Positions 9,122 to 18,192 of a stretch of 57,350 bases of DNA are shown here, in pieces; position 1 is the first letter of the stretch; each line of letters begins with the position of its first letter. Source of the stretch: an uncultured Pseudomonadales bacterium (GTDB lineage Bacteria; Patescibacteriota; Microgenomatia; UBA1400; MFAQ01); the NCBI GenBank assembly GCA_964429015.1, contig CAYSAM010000004.1, forward strand, positions 1 to 57,350, in the 5' to 3' direction. The position numbers and the translations under genes were made by a program. Below the pieces are notes generated by a model. It ran no database searches, was not told the DNA's origin, and saw nothing but the letters and a program-made list of their open reading frames with translations.

Positions 9122-9830
9122 ATATAATGGCAGCATGGTTTACGACTCCTTAACAGATGCAGAAATCAGAGCCAACTATCAACATAAACACGTTGTAGAT
9201 TTGTACCTTAAACATTTTAAGGACAAAAAAGTTCTTGATGCGGGGTGTTGGACAGGCACAATAGAAAAAGAGGTTTCTTCACGAAAATTTAAATGCGAAA
9301 TAGTTGGTATAGATCAAAATAAAGCAGCGCTTAAAACCGCCAAAAAAAGTTTTCCTCAGTATAAGTTTTTTCAGATAGAGCTAGATTCACCAGACAAAAA
9401 GTTTGTAAAAAAGCACGGTGGAACTTTTGATACCATTGTTTTTTTGGATGTTATAGAGCACATACCAGTAGGTACAGAGGTTAAAGTGCTTAAGTTCTTA
9501 AGAAAAATGCTCAAGCCGGGCGGGGTAATTATCCTTAGTACAATGTTGGATCATAAATATAACTTTATAGACCCAGCCTGGTTTTTTGGTCACAGGCACT
9601 ATAAAGCAAGCAGAGTTCGAAAATTTCTAGTTTCAGCTAAGTATAAGGTTAAACAACTCCTTAAAATAGGCAATCTCTATTGGGACCTGGACCTACTGTA
9701 TCTCTACATCTACAAACATATTTTTAAAACAGAATACAGAACTACCAAAAGTATGTATAAAAACATCTATCGAGGTATGAAAGAACCTCAAAAATACGCT
9801 ACTAGAATTTACGCCCTTGCCAAAAAATAA
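9108..9830 (+). CDS. Class I SAM-dependent methyltransferase
   Basis: ATG at 9108 preferred over the TTG-extended 9000 ORF. Motif I VLDAGCWTGT, then FDTIVFLDVIEHI and LKPGGVIILST. Confidence 0.75.
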   Translation: MRSLKYNGSMVYDSLTDAEIRANYQHKHVVDLYLKHFKDKKVLDAGCWTGTIEKEVSSRKFKCEIVGIDQNKAALKTAKKSFPQYKFFQIELDSPDKKFVKKHGGTFDTIVFLDVIEHIPVGTEVKVLKFLRKMLKPGGVIILSTMLDHKYNFIDPAWFFGHRHYKASRVRKFLVSAKYKVKQLLKIGNLYWDLDLLYLYIYKHIFKTEYRTTKSMYKNIYRGMKEPQKYATRIYALAKK

Positions 9831-9831
9831 T

Positions 9832-10431
9832 ATGGTAATTAAAGATAGAAACTTAATTGCCAAAATTATATTTCCCAAATCTATATTGGGTGAAAAGATC
9901 AAAAAAGGCACAAAAATACTGGATATTGGTTGCGCAACTGGTAGCTTTCTAAAAAAATGTGATCAATATGGCCTCAAAACCTACGGTTTAGATTTTTCCA
10001 AAAAACTTCTCAAAAAAGCTAGTAAACAAACTAAGGCAAAACTTCACTGTGGTAGTGCAGAAGATCTCTCGGTTTACAAGGACAATTTTTTTCACTTGTT
10101 AACTGGCTTTGATGTTATTGAGCACTTATCCAGTCCTTATACATTTTCAAAAGAAGCCTTCAGAGTATTAAAGCCAAATGGAAAAATAATTCTAACTACT
10201 CCAAATCTAAATTCTCTCGGTCGCCTAATAATGGGAAAAAAATGGCATGGCTACTCCGATAAAACTCATCGCTACCTTTTTACTCCAGAGTCACTGTCTT
10301 ACACGCTGGAAGCTGTAGGTTTTAAGGTGGTAAAGTTAGAGTCACCATTTCATCCTTTACCAAAATTTGTTCAAAGTTTTGTAAACAAAATTGGTTTGGG
10401 TGGTCAAATTTGGCTTGTTGCTAAAAAATGA
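9832..10431 (+). CDS. Class I SAM-dependent methyltransferase (Methyltransf_11-like)
   Basis: ATG at 9832, directly after the upstream TAA, preferred over TTG at 9817. ILDIGCATGSF, FDVIEHL, LKPNGKIILTTPN. Confidence 0.8.
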   Translation: MVIKDRNLIAKIIFPKSILGEKIKKGTKILDIGCATGSFLKKCDQYGLKTYGLDFSKKLLKKASKQTKAKLHCGSAEDLSVYKDNFFHLLTGFDVIEHLSSPYTFSKEAFRVLKPNGKIILTTPNLNSLGRLIMGKKWHGYSDKTHRYLFTPESLSYTLEAVGFKVVKLESPFHPLPKFVQSFVNKIGLGGQIWLVAKK

Positions 10432-11537
10432 TCAAAAAGGTACTAATCAATATCCGTCAACTTCAGTTTAGATATACCGGAGTCCAAAGTTATATCTATA
10501 ACCTATGCATTTCACTTGTTAAAGAGTTTCCTCATATCCACTTCGACCTAGCTACCTTAAACTACCAAAACGATAATCAGTATATTGAAACGCTGAGAAA
10601 AAACTCAAACACAACTATTTTAAACACGGAGGCAGGGAGTTCCTCATTGGTAGACATATACTTTGATCACTTTTTGGTTTCCAAGCTTGTTACCAAACAA
10701 GATATCTACTTTAATCCCGTAAACATAACCCCAGTCTTTAAAAAACCAGGTGTTAAATACGTTGTTGGGGTTCTAGATCTTTGCACCTTTATTGTCCCCA
10801 AAACAACTACTCTTTTATTAAAAACATACTACAGACTTTTTCTCCCCGGAAGCTTAAAAAGAGCTGACAAAATTATAGCTATATCAAAAAGTACCAAAAA
10901 AGATATTATAAAAATATTTAAAACAAACCCAAAAAAAATATCCGTAGTTTATTTAGGTATAGACACTAAGATACTCAAATCAAATTACAGCATCAACCAA
11001 AAAAAAGAAAAATATTTTTTAACTATGGCTACATCGAGAAGAAAAAATATTCAGAATGTCTTAAAAGCTTTTGCTGCCTTTTCTAATATGTTTCCCAGCA
11101 TTAAGTTTAAAATAGTTGTCAATAATCCAAAACTAAGTGAAGAGGTAGGAGTTAGTCTAAAGAAGTTAAATATAAAAAATAAAGTTGAACTGATGGAAAA
11201 TTACATTTCCAAAGAAAAGCTCTCTAGTCTGTATTCCAGTGCCTTAGGCTTTGTGTATTGCCCAGTCTACGAAGGTTTTGGCCTACCGGTACTAGAGGCG
11301 ATGAGCAAAAACTGTCCAGTAATTACTTCAACAACATCTAGCTTGCCAGAAGTTGCTGGAAAGTCGGCGCTTACGGTTAATCCGCACAGTTTTCAGGAAA
11401 TTGCCAAGGCGATGACTTCAATAGCTGAAAATTTACCTTTAAGGCAAAAAATGATACTCGAAGGTCAAAAAAATATCACTAAGTTTAGCTGGAAGAAAAG
11501 TGCTCAAAAAGTAATAGCAGAATTTGACAAACTATGA
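10428..11537 (+). CDS. Glycosyltransferase, GT4-type
   Basis: YEGFGLPVLEAMSKNCPVITSTTSSLPEVAG. ATGA overlap upstream. Confidence 0.85.
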   Translation: MIKKVLINIRQLQFRYTGVQSYIYNLCISLVKEFPHIHFDLATLNYQNDNQYIETLRKNSNTTILNTEAGSSSLVDIYFDHFLVSKLVTKQDIYFNPVNITPVFKKPGVKYVVGVLDLCTFIVPKTTTLLLKTYYRLFLPGSLKRADKIIAISKSTKKDIIKIFKTNPKKISVVYLGIDTKILKSNYSINQKKEKYFLTMATSRRKNIQNVLKAFAAFSNMFPSIKFKIVVNNPKLSEEVGVSLKKLNIKNKVELMENYISKEKLSSLYSSALGFVYCPVYEGFGLPVLEAMSKNCPVITSTTSSLPEVAGKSALTVNPHSFQEIAKAMTSIAENLPLRQKMILEGQKNITKFSWKKSAQKVIAEFDKL

Positions 11538-12664
11538 GCAAAAAAATATTAATTTTTGACATTAGCTACTTAACTGGAAACAATCGTACCCCAATCATTT
11601 CCAAAGTTTTAATTTGGCAAAAAAAGGGTATTAAGGTTGATATTTTTTGCACCAAAGAGGCTAAAGTTGAATACTCTCAAAAACTAAAAAACATCAACTA
11701 TATTCTTTTACCTTTTGCCAGTAGTTCGTCAAACAGGATTGTTTTAATATTCGAAAATCTAAAAAGAAACTTTTTAGCTCTTTTTTGCATATTTAAAATA
11801 TTAAAGTCTAGTTACCACGCTTTCTACTCAATATCTGCAGTTCTCGACCTTGTAATGTTTCCGTATTTGTTGAAAATAATAAATCCAAAATTAAAGTGGG
11901 TTGTTGTTTTTGATAATACTGTTGAAAAAAATGAACCTGGTAATAAATATATAAAATTTTTGGCTTACTGGTTCTACAGACTATCACTATTTTTTTTAAG
12001 AAGTGCTAATACTGTTTTTGTGGTAACGCCACTTTTAAAAGTAAAACTCCTAGAGGAAGGGTTTGTTGATAGCAAGTTGATAATTACGGGAAATGGCGTG
12101 GAACTAGATTTAATAAAAAGTATTAAGAGTCCCAAAAAAATTTACGACGGTTTGTTTGTGGGTCGAATAAATGAAAGCAAAGGTGTCTATGATCTACTAA
12201 ATGTTCTAAAAATAATTTGCAATAAGTACCCAAAATTTATTATGGCTTTAATGGGTAGAGGTGACTTGGACTCCGAAAGAAAATTTTTGGATAGAGCAAA
12301 AGAGCTTGGGCTAGATAGAAACATTTATTTGCTAGGTTTTAAGAGTGGAGACAAAAAAATAAAAGTCTTTAAACAGTCTAAAATTTTTATTTTCTTAAGT
12401 CCAAGTGAAAGTTTTGGGGTGGCCCTTTTAGAGGCGGTGTGCTGTGGCCTACCAGCAGTCGTTTACGATCTAAAACCATACCAGTATATATATAAAAACA
12501 AAGAAATCACTAAATTAAAAATTGGTGACTATGAAGGAGTTGCAAAAGAGGTAATATATCTATATAAAAATAAAAAATTTAATAATGAGAATGGTAAAAA
12601 ATTATTAAACAGATATAGTTGGGATATAATTTCCAAAATAGAACTAAATGCGATAATAAAATGA
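11534..12664 (+). CDS. Glycosyltransferase, GT4-type
   Basis: FVGRINESKGVYDLL...SESFGVALLEAVCCGLPAVVYD. ATGA overlaps at both ends. Confidence 0.8.
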   Translation: MSKKILIFDISYLTGNNRTPIISKVLIWQKKGIKVDIFCTKEAKVEYSQKLKNINYILLPFASSSSNRIVLIFENLKRNFLALFCIFKILKSSYHAFYSISAVLDLVMFPYLLKIINPKLKWVVVFDNTVEKNEPGNKYIKFLAYWFYRLSLFFLRSANTVFVVTPLLKVKLLEEGFVDSKLIITGNGVELDLIKSIKSPKKIYDGLFVGRINESKGVYDLLNVLKIICNKYPKFIMALMGRGDLDSERKFLDRAKELGLDRNIYLLGFKSGDKKIKVFKQSKIFIFLSPSESFGVALLEAVCCGLPAVVYDLKPYQYIYKNKEITKLKIGDYEGVAKEVIYLYKNKKFNNENGKKLLNRYSWDIISKIELNAIIK

Positions 12665-13536
12665 AACAGGTAAAATCTACAGTCTACGATAAGGACTTCT
12701 TTAAGAGAGTATATGGCGCCGACAATCATAGTTTTGATTTTTCTTCTGGAGTGTCTAAAGACTATTACAAAGAAATGGTTGATTTAGTTAAGCTAAAAAA
12801 AAGTGACACAATTGTCGATTATGGGTGCGGAAATGGCAATCTATCTTTTTTATTGTGGAAAAAATATCACTGCAAAATAATCGCTTTTGACTACTCAAAA
12901 GATGCAATCGATATATGCAATGAAAGATTAAAAAACTTTAAAAAAAGGTTTCCTCAAATGGATATAAGCTTTTTGGTTGCTAATAATACAAACCTGCCTC
13001 AGCTTACTAAAGTAAGGGCAGTATATTTTTGTGATGTGGTTGAGCACATGTATGATAACGAAATAAATCTTGCTATAAGTAACATAAAAAGTTGGAGTCA
13101 AAGAAAAATAAAAATAGTTATCCACACCGACAATAACTACTACCTGCGATTTGTAAGACCTGTTATTGTATTTTTTATGATTCTACTAGGCAAAAAAACG
13201 GTTTCGCAGGCAATGTCCGACAAACAGGAGGAAAGCAGAGTTCATATCAATCTTACAAACCCAAATATTTTAGCTAAAAAGCTTAAACAGCTTAAAGTAA
13301 AACATCTTAAAACTCTGTATCCAAAAGTCACAAAAGCAAAAATAAAAAAACAGCTTTCGGTCTTTAGAGAAATAAACCCTATTATCTCTTTTTGTTACTT
13401 TGCCTTAAACTTAATTCCTTTTCTTTCGCCTAGTTTTTACTCTGTTTTTCGGCTTAATGGCATAGGCCATAAGAAAGTTTCCATGTCGCGGATCAAGTTT
13501 GCAAAAAAAGTCAGAAAGCCAGCCAAAAAAAGGTAG
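12661..13536 (+). CDS. Class I SAM-dependent methyltransferase with hydrophobic/basic C-terminal extension
   Basis: ATG at 12661 (ATGA overlap) preferred over TTG at 12619. IVDYGCGNGNLSF, YFCDVVEHM. The last 126 nt overlap the convergent gene. Confidence 0.75.
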   Translation: MKQVKSTVYDKDFFKRVYGADNHSFDFSSGVSKDYYKEMVDLVKLKKSDTIVDYGCGNGNLSFLLWKKYHCKIIAFDYSKDAIDICNERLKNFKKRFPQMDISFLVANNTNLPQLTKVRAVYFCDVVEHMYDNEINLAISNIKSWSQRKIKIVIHTDNNYYLRFVRPVIVFFMILLGKKTVSQAMSDKQEESRVHINLTNPNILAKKLKQLKVKHLKTLYPKVTKAKIKKQLSVFREINPIISFCYFALNLIPFLSPSFYSVFRLNGIGHKKVSMSRIKFAKKVRKPAKKR

Positions 13537-14199
13537 ATATCCGGTAGAAGATAGTGTAATTTTTTTAAAACCGGTTACTTCTAGCATTTCATATAGTCCT
13601 CTGTAAGCCAAAACTCTTACATGTCCTACTGTTCCGGTAACTCCAGACTTTTGATATTTATCCAAAAAATCCTGATCTTTTTTTACACCCAAATGCCAAG
13701 TTAGAGGGTTTCCAAGGTTGTAACCATTAATACAGGTAGTGGAAAATGGCTGCCAGCCCAGAGCTAGTGATAATACATTCACCCAAGAAGACAAATTTTC
13801 AGTTAGTATAATCAGCCTCCCCCCTGGCTTAAGGCATCTGAAACATTCTTCTAAATATAGACGCGTGTTGTGCATATGTTCTATGTTTTGGCTCGATAGA
13901 ATTAAGTCAAATTTACTAGACTCAAGATCCCATTCAGAGTTCAGATCACTTTTTACGCATTTTATTCCCTTATTGGTGGCTAGCTTCCTTGTTTCGTCTA
14001 CATACTCAATTCCATATATACTTTTTGGCTTAACCTTTTTTGCAAACTCCATAGTAAAAACTCCATCCCCGCAGCCAATATCCAGCATTTTACCGACTCT
14101 CTTACTAGCAGCTAGCAAAGTGGCTCGTTTGTTTAGCTTGTCTAGCCCATCATCAAAAGCTAAAGGGGAGTACCACTTAAGAAATTTTTTTATTATCAT
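13411..14199 (-). CDS. Class I SAM-dependent methyltransferase (Methyltransf_11-like)
   Basis: 262 aa. MLDIGCGDGVF, FDLILSSQNIEHM, LKPGGRLIILTEN. Confidence 0.85.
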   Translation of the reverse strand: MIIKKFLKWYSPLAFDDGLDKLNKRATLLAASKRVGKMLDIGCGDGVFTMEFAKKVKPKSIYGIEYVDETRKLATNKGIKCVKSDLNSEWDLESSKFDLILSSQNIEHMHNTRLYLEECFRCLKPGGRLIILTENLSSWVNVLSLALGWQPFSTTCINGYNLGNPLTWHLGVKKDQDFLDKYQKSGVTGTVGHVRVLAYRGLYEMLEVTGFKKITLSSTGYLPFFGWLSDFFCKLDPRHGNFLMAYAIKPKNRVKTRRKKRN

Positions 14200-14250
14200 T
14201 TTTTCTATTATACTTAATAAGCCAAATATAATTATTGGTAAGATACAAAA

Positions 14251-16557
14251 GTGAAAGACATATTTATAAAAAAATGGTATTTTTTGTTGCTAATTGGGGC
14301 ATTTTCTTTTTTTGTTTGGTCTATATTAGATAAAAACTACTATATAGGTGGCGATGTAATGTTTCCACTATACGGGACAGACTTTTTCAAAAAAATATTT
14401 CTCTGGAATAGTGGCGGTGAATCTCTGGAGTATATGCACTTTTTTTGGTATTTGTATTTTGGTTTGTTACGCCAAATGGGTTTTTCTGGATATGTTGCCC
14501 AAAAAGTTCTTATTGTTTTGCTTGAAGTGATTGGCTTTCTGTTCAGTTTTCTTTTGTATAAAGAGCTGATACCTCACAAAAATTCAAATGAGGCAAATAA
14601 ATGGGCTGTTCTTTCTGGAGCAATCTTTACTTTTAGTCCAATTTACTTTTTGCTTGTTACAGCTTATCTTCCACTATACGGTTTTCCAGTCTGTCTATAT
14701 CTATTGGTTAGATATCTTAAAAAAAAGAGTTTTTTATTAGAAATAATCTATGCGTTTTGTTTAAACTTTTTTCTGTTTATCGACTTGCCACAGCCAAAAA
14801 TAATTATAATTTTTGTTGCTGTTAGTTTTTGTCTTTTATTATTAATATCAGGCACTAAGGGTATTTCAATATGGAAGCTCTTTTTTAGGTTTTTAAATCT
14901 AAATATTACAGCCCTTATTCTCAATTCTTGGATAATTTTGCCTTATTTGTATAGTGTCTTATATGGATCTGTGGCCAACTTCTCAAATAATTTGGCCTCT
15001 CACCACGGAACTGCCGATATGGGGTCTGCTAGCTTATTTTATATTTCTCGCTTTTTTAATTTATCTTTAACTACAATCTATCCTATTATTGGCAAGTATC
15101 TATTATCTGTTCCCTTTAGTATCTGGTCATATTTAGGTTGGTTTATTATCGCTTTTGGATTGTCTGTAAACAACAATTTCAAAACACAGAAGACTAAAAT
15201 TATGCTTCTATTTTTTTGTTTGTTGTTTATTTTTCTGGCCAAAGGACCAAATCCACCTTTTGGTGAAATATACACCAAATTGGTTGTTGTAGTGCCAATA
15301 TTTAGAATTTTCAGAACAACATCATCTGTAGTCCTGGGATCTCTTGTTTTTTACATTTTGCTACTACCACTAACTCTTTCTCAGATCAGTAAAAAATACC
15401 ATTTTAAAAACCTATTTACTGTATTTTTTATTTTTACCGTTTTAATGGGATATCCCATTATTTTAGGCCAGAAGTACTTTAACGCAGAAAAGAAACAGGT
15501 ATCTGGTAGGGGGGTAAAAATACCAAGCGAATATTTTGAGGTAGCCAAAAAAATTGACAACTTAGACGAAAACTATTCTATATTGCAGTTACCATTTCCA
15601 GATGGTTATGTTCTTAAAAACTGGGATTATTTCGGTGCTGATCTTGTTTATTGGATAAGTACCGCCCCCACCCTTCATCGACCAGATCAGCCTGGCCTAA
15701 GTCTGGAAAAAAATAGCTTAAACCTGGAAACTTTTAGTCAAAACAACCAGTTTCTTTTAAATAATGTTAGTCATGTGCTTATTCAAAAAGACGCTTCAGA
15801 CTCACCTAACTGCAATCTAAGCGATTTAGGTAAAGTAGTTCATACTGATAGTTTTTTTAGCTTGCTTGAAGTTGATAAAAGATATACATATCCAAAAATT
15901 TATGTTCCAAATCGTTATCTATCCCCAAAAAATTATCAAGATATAGGTACTTTATCTTTCATTGACCCTGAGCTAAAAAAAACACTTTGTGTTAAGGTGC
16001 AAAATGATTTCAAGATTAAGGCTAGTGATTCAAATATAGCGGCAGTTAACATTAAAGATTTAGATCTCCTTATAAAAGACGGAGTATCAACAGATTCTGC
16101 AAACATTAGCGAAATAGTCGTAAAAAGAATTAATCAAACAAAATACAAGGTAAGTATTCCAAACGCAAGTGATAACTTTAGTATTGTTTTAAATGAAAAA
16201 TACAACACAGGATGGAAAGTTTATTTAAGTGATGATAAAGATAATCAGTCTGCAAATAACAACTTATCAGAGTCGCATCGCGGCGTTCAGTATCAGAAAA
16301 AAGATTTCTTTGAGCCTTTTTTGCAAGACTGGTTTAAAAAGCCTCTAGTTGAAGAGCAAAACCATTACCTAGCAAATGGATACGGTAATGGCTGGGTCAT
16401 AAGTAGCAAAAAAAACTCTGGCAATACTACAAGCTTAAATATAATTATTGAGTATTGGCCTCAAAGACTATTATATTTAGGGTTAATAATTTCCATTACT
16501 TTTACCTTTTCCAGAATAATTTATATTTTGACCTTAAAACTCAAAAAAAATGCTTAA
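14251..16557 (+). CDS. Large polytopic membrane protein with big extracytoplasmic C-terminal domain, GT-C-like (YfhO/AftD-like architecture)
   Basis: 768 aa, GTG start. About 12 N-terminal TM helices, a ~330-aa soluble region, then one terminal TM. The family call rests on architecture only. Confidence 0.55.
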   Translation: MKDIFIKKWYFLLLIGAFSFFVWSILDKNYYIGGDVMFPLYGTDFFKKIFLWNSGGESLEYMHFFWYLYFGLLRQMGFSGYVAQKVLIVLLEVIGFLFSFLLYKELIPHKNSNEANKWAVLSGAIFTFSPIYFLLVTAYLPLYGFPVCLYLLVRYLKKKSFLLEIIYAFCLNFFLFIDLPQPKIIIIFVAVSFCLLLLISGTKGISIWKLFFRFLNLNITALILNSWIILPYLYSVLYGSVANFSNNLASHHGTADMGSASLFYISRFFNLSLTTIYPIIGKYLLSVPFSIWSYLGWFIIAFGLSVNNNFKTQKTKIMLLFFCLLFIFLAKGPNPPFGEIYTKLVVVVPIFRIFRTTSSVVLGSLVFYILLLPLTLSQISKKYHFKNLFTVFFIFTVLMGYPIILGQKYFNAEKKQVSGRGVKIPSEYFEVAKKIDNLDENYSILQLPFPDGYVLKNWDYFGADLVYWISTAPTLHRPDQPGLSLEKNSLNLETFSQNNQFLLNNVSHVLIQKDASDSPNCNLSDLGKVVHTDSFFSLLEVDKRYTYPKIYVPNRYLSPKNYQDIGTLSFIDPELKKTLCVKVQNDFKIKASDSNIAAVNIKDLDLLIKDGVSTDSANISEIVVKRINQTKYKVSIPNASDNFSIVLNEKYNTGWKVYLSDDKDNQSANNNLSESHRGVQYQKKDFFEPFLQDWFKKPLVEEQNHYLANGYGNGWVISSKKNSGNTTSLNIIIEYWPQRLLYLGLIISITFTFSRIIYILTLKLKKNA

Positions 16558-18133
16558 ACTTGTTACAAAAATCCTATCACTATTAGCGCTATTTGCACTT
16601 GGAACAGTCTGCACTTATTTCTATTTAATTCAAAGTGGTTTTGGAATTTTTAATCTACTTACACCCGGAGTTAATTCTAGTTTAGAGTCATATGGATTTG
16701 ACGAATTTATGGTAGGAGACAAGGCTACAGGCCACTTTACCTCTGCACACAATAATCTGGGCATAGTAGCTGTAAGGTTTACAAACAAAAACAGAGACAG
16801 TAGAGATGTAGTTATCTTTAGAATCAAAGAAGACGGTTCCGGCACCTGGTACTATGAAGCAAAATACAATACCGACCAGTTTCTCCCAGGTAAACTATTT
16901 CCTTTTGGCTTCCCTCAAGTTGAAAACTCTAAGGATAAAAACTTTATTTATGAAATCGAATCAACGAATGGAGCTACGGGTAGCGGAATTTTTTTGGATT
17001 ATCAAAAACCAGTCTACGTTTCAGCATACTTTTTTAATAAAAATGATGTAATGGGGGATCTAAAAAGTACCATTAGCTTTATATTGCAAAAATCTAAAAA
17101 TATTTTTGAAAATAAAACAGATCTAATTCAGGTAATTATCTTTTTTATACCAGCCGTTTTTATAACTATTTACTTGTTTTTCGGGAACAAAAAAACTCCA
17201 GCACTATATTTATTATTTTTTACTGGAATCATTTTTGACATATTTTTGGTTCCCAATAACTCCACCTTTTTGATGATATCTTTAACTTTTATTTGGATGT
17301 TTGCAAAACTAAAATACAGAACTAATTCAATTTTTACAATTTACAACATTCTTATTCTATTACTGTTTAGTTTAACTGCAGCGTTATTAAGATATGTATC
17401 ATATGCAGAAAAAACTACAGTCTGGGTTTATATACTTTTTTTCTATTTGTTTTTTGAACAATTGCAAGAGATTAAAATTGGATTCAAAAGTTCAATTGAC
17501 CTTAACTTTCTAAAACAAGTTTCAATTGGTCTAGCGCAAAAAAACAGAATCAAAATAAACAAAATTATTCCAGTTTTAATAACAGGGAGTTGTATATTCA
17601 TTGCTTACCTATTAATCGAAAGCATCATTTTAGTTAAAAATAGTTTCAAAATTTATACCGAGTACTTTTCAGATGGAATTCCAAGTGTTATTTTGTCCCA
17701 ATTTATTTTTGGAATAACAATAATTTTTATTTCATATTCACTCCTTTTCATGTTTTTTATCAAAATAAAAATAGCAAAAATAATCCCAATTCTAATATCA
17801 ACAGTACTACTATTCCAGATCACAAAAATATTTGTAAGCAACTCAACTTCATTCCAATATGTACCTAAAATTATTTCTCTAACGCCGCAAAAAACCACTG
17901 AGGCTTGGGTGGATGTAACTGTTAACGGCTTGAACTTTGAAGACAAGCCTTTCGTTGGTAAGTTGTTTTTGTCTGGGGAAGAACAATTTGAAAACATAAT
18001 AAACTGGAGTAATAAGAGTATTATTTTTCGCACCAATCCTTCCAAAACAAAAAGTGGAAATGTCTGTGTTCAAACCTTAAGCAGGGGCGAAAGCAACTGC
18101 TTACCTTTTGAGTACAATTTCTCCAAAAAGTAG
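16550..18133 (+). CDS. Polytopic membrane protein with N-terminal exported domain and C-terminal IPT/TIG domain
   Basis: 527 aa. Signal-anchor, soluble region, about 8 TM helices, then PKIISLTPQ...VDVTVNGLNF...IIFRTNPSKTKSGNVCVQT...LPFEY (IPT/TIG-like). 8-nt overlap upstream. Confidence 0.7.
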   Translation: MLKLVTKILSLLALFALGTVCTYFYLIQSGFGIFNLLTPGVNSSLESYGFDEFMVGDKATGHFTSAHNNLGIVAVRFTNKNRDSRDVVIFRIKEDGSGTWYYEAKYNTDQFLPGKLFPFGFPQVENSKDKNFIYEIESTNGATGSGIFLDYQKPVYVSAYFFNKNDVMGDLKSTISFILQKSKNIFENKTDLIQVIIFFIPAVFITIYLFFGNKKTPALYLLFFTGIIFDIFLVPNNSTFLMISLTFIWMFAKLKYRTNSIFTIYNILILLLFSLTAALLRYVSYAEKTTVWVYILFFYLFFEQLQEIKIGFKSSIDLNFLKQVSIGLAQKNRIKINKIIPVLITGSCIFIAYLLIESIILVKNSFKIYTEYFSDGIPSVILSQFIFGITIIFISYSLLFMFFIKIKIAKIIPILISTVLLFQITKIFVSNSTSFQYVPKIISLTPQKTTEAWVDVTVNGLNFEDKPFVGKLFLSGEEQFENIINWSNKSIIFRTNPSKTKSGNVCVQTLSRGESNCLPFEYNFSKK

Positions 18134-18141
18134 TTATTATT

Positions 18142-18180
18142 TTCTAATATCTTCTAACATCTTCTAGTATCTACTAAGTG
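18142..18180. repeat. Tandem 10-bp repeat (TTCTAAyATC-like, about 3.5 copies) upstream of the GT-C gene
   Basis: TTCTAATATC / TTCTAACATC / TTCTAGTATC / TACTAAGTG read directly, immediately before TAAAAT (18181-18186) and GTG 18193. Confidence 0.75.
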
Positions 18181-18192
18181 TAAAATAAACTT

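Noticed and set aside
13739-14254. 171-aa plus-strand ORF antisense to the methyltransferase gene.
   Set aside because: The minus-strand frame carries unambiguous SAM-methyltransferase motifs (DIGCGDG, NIEHM, LKPGG). The plus-strand product has none and is most likely a chance open frame in AT-rich DNA.
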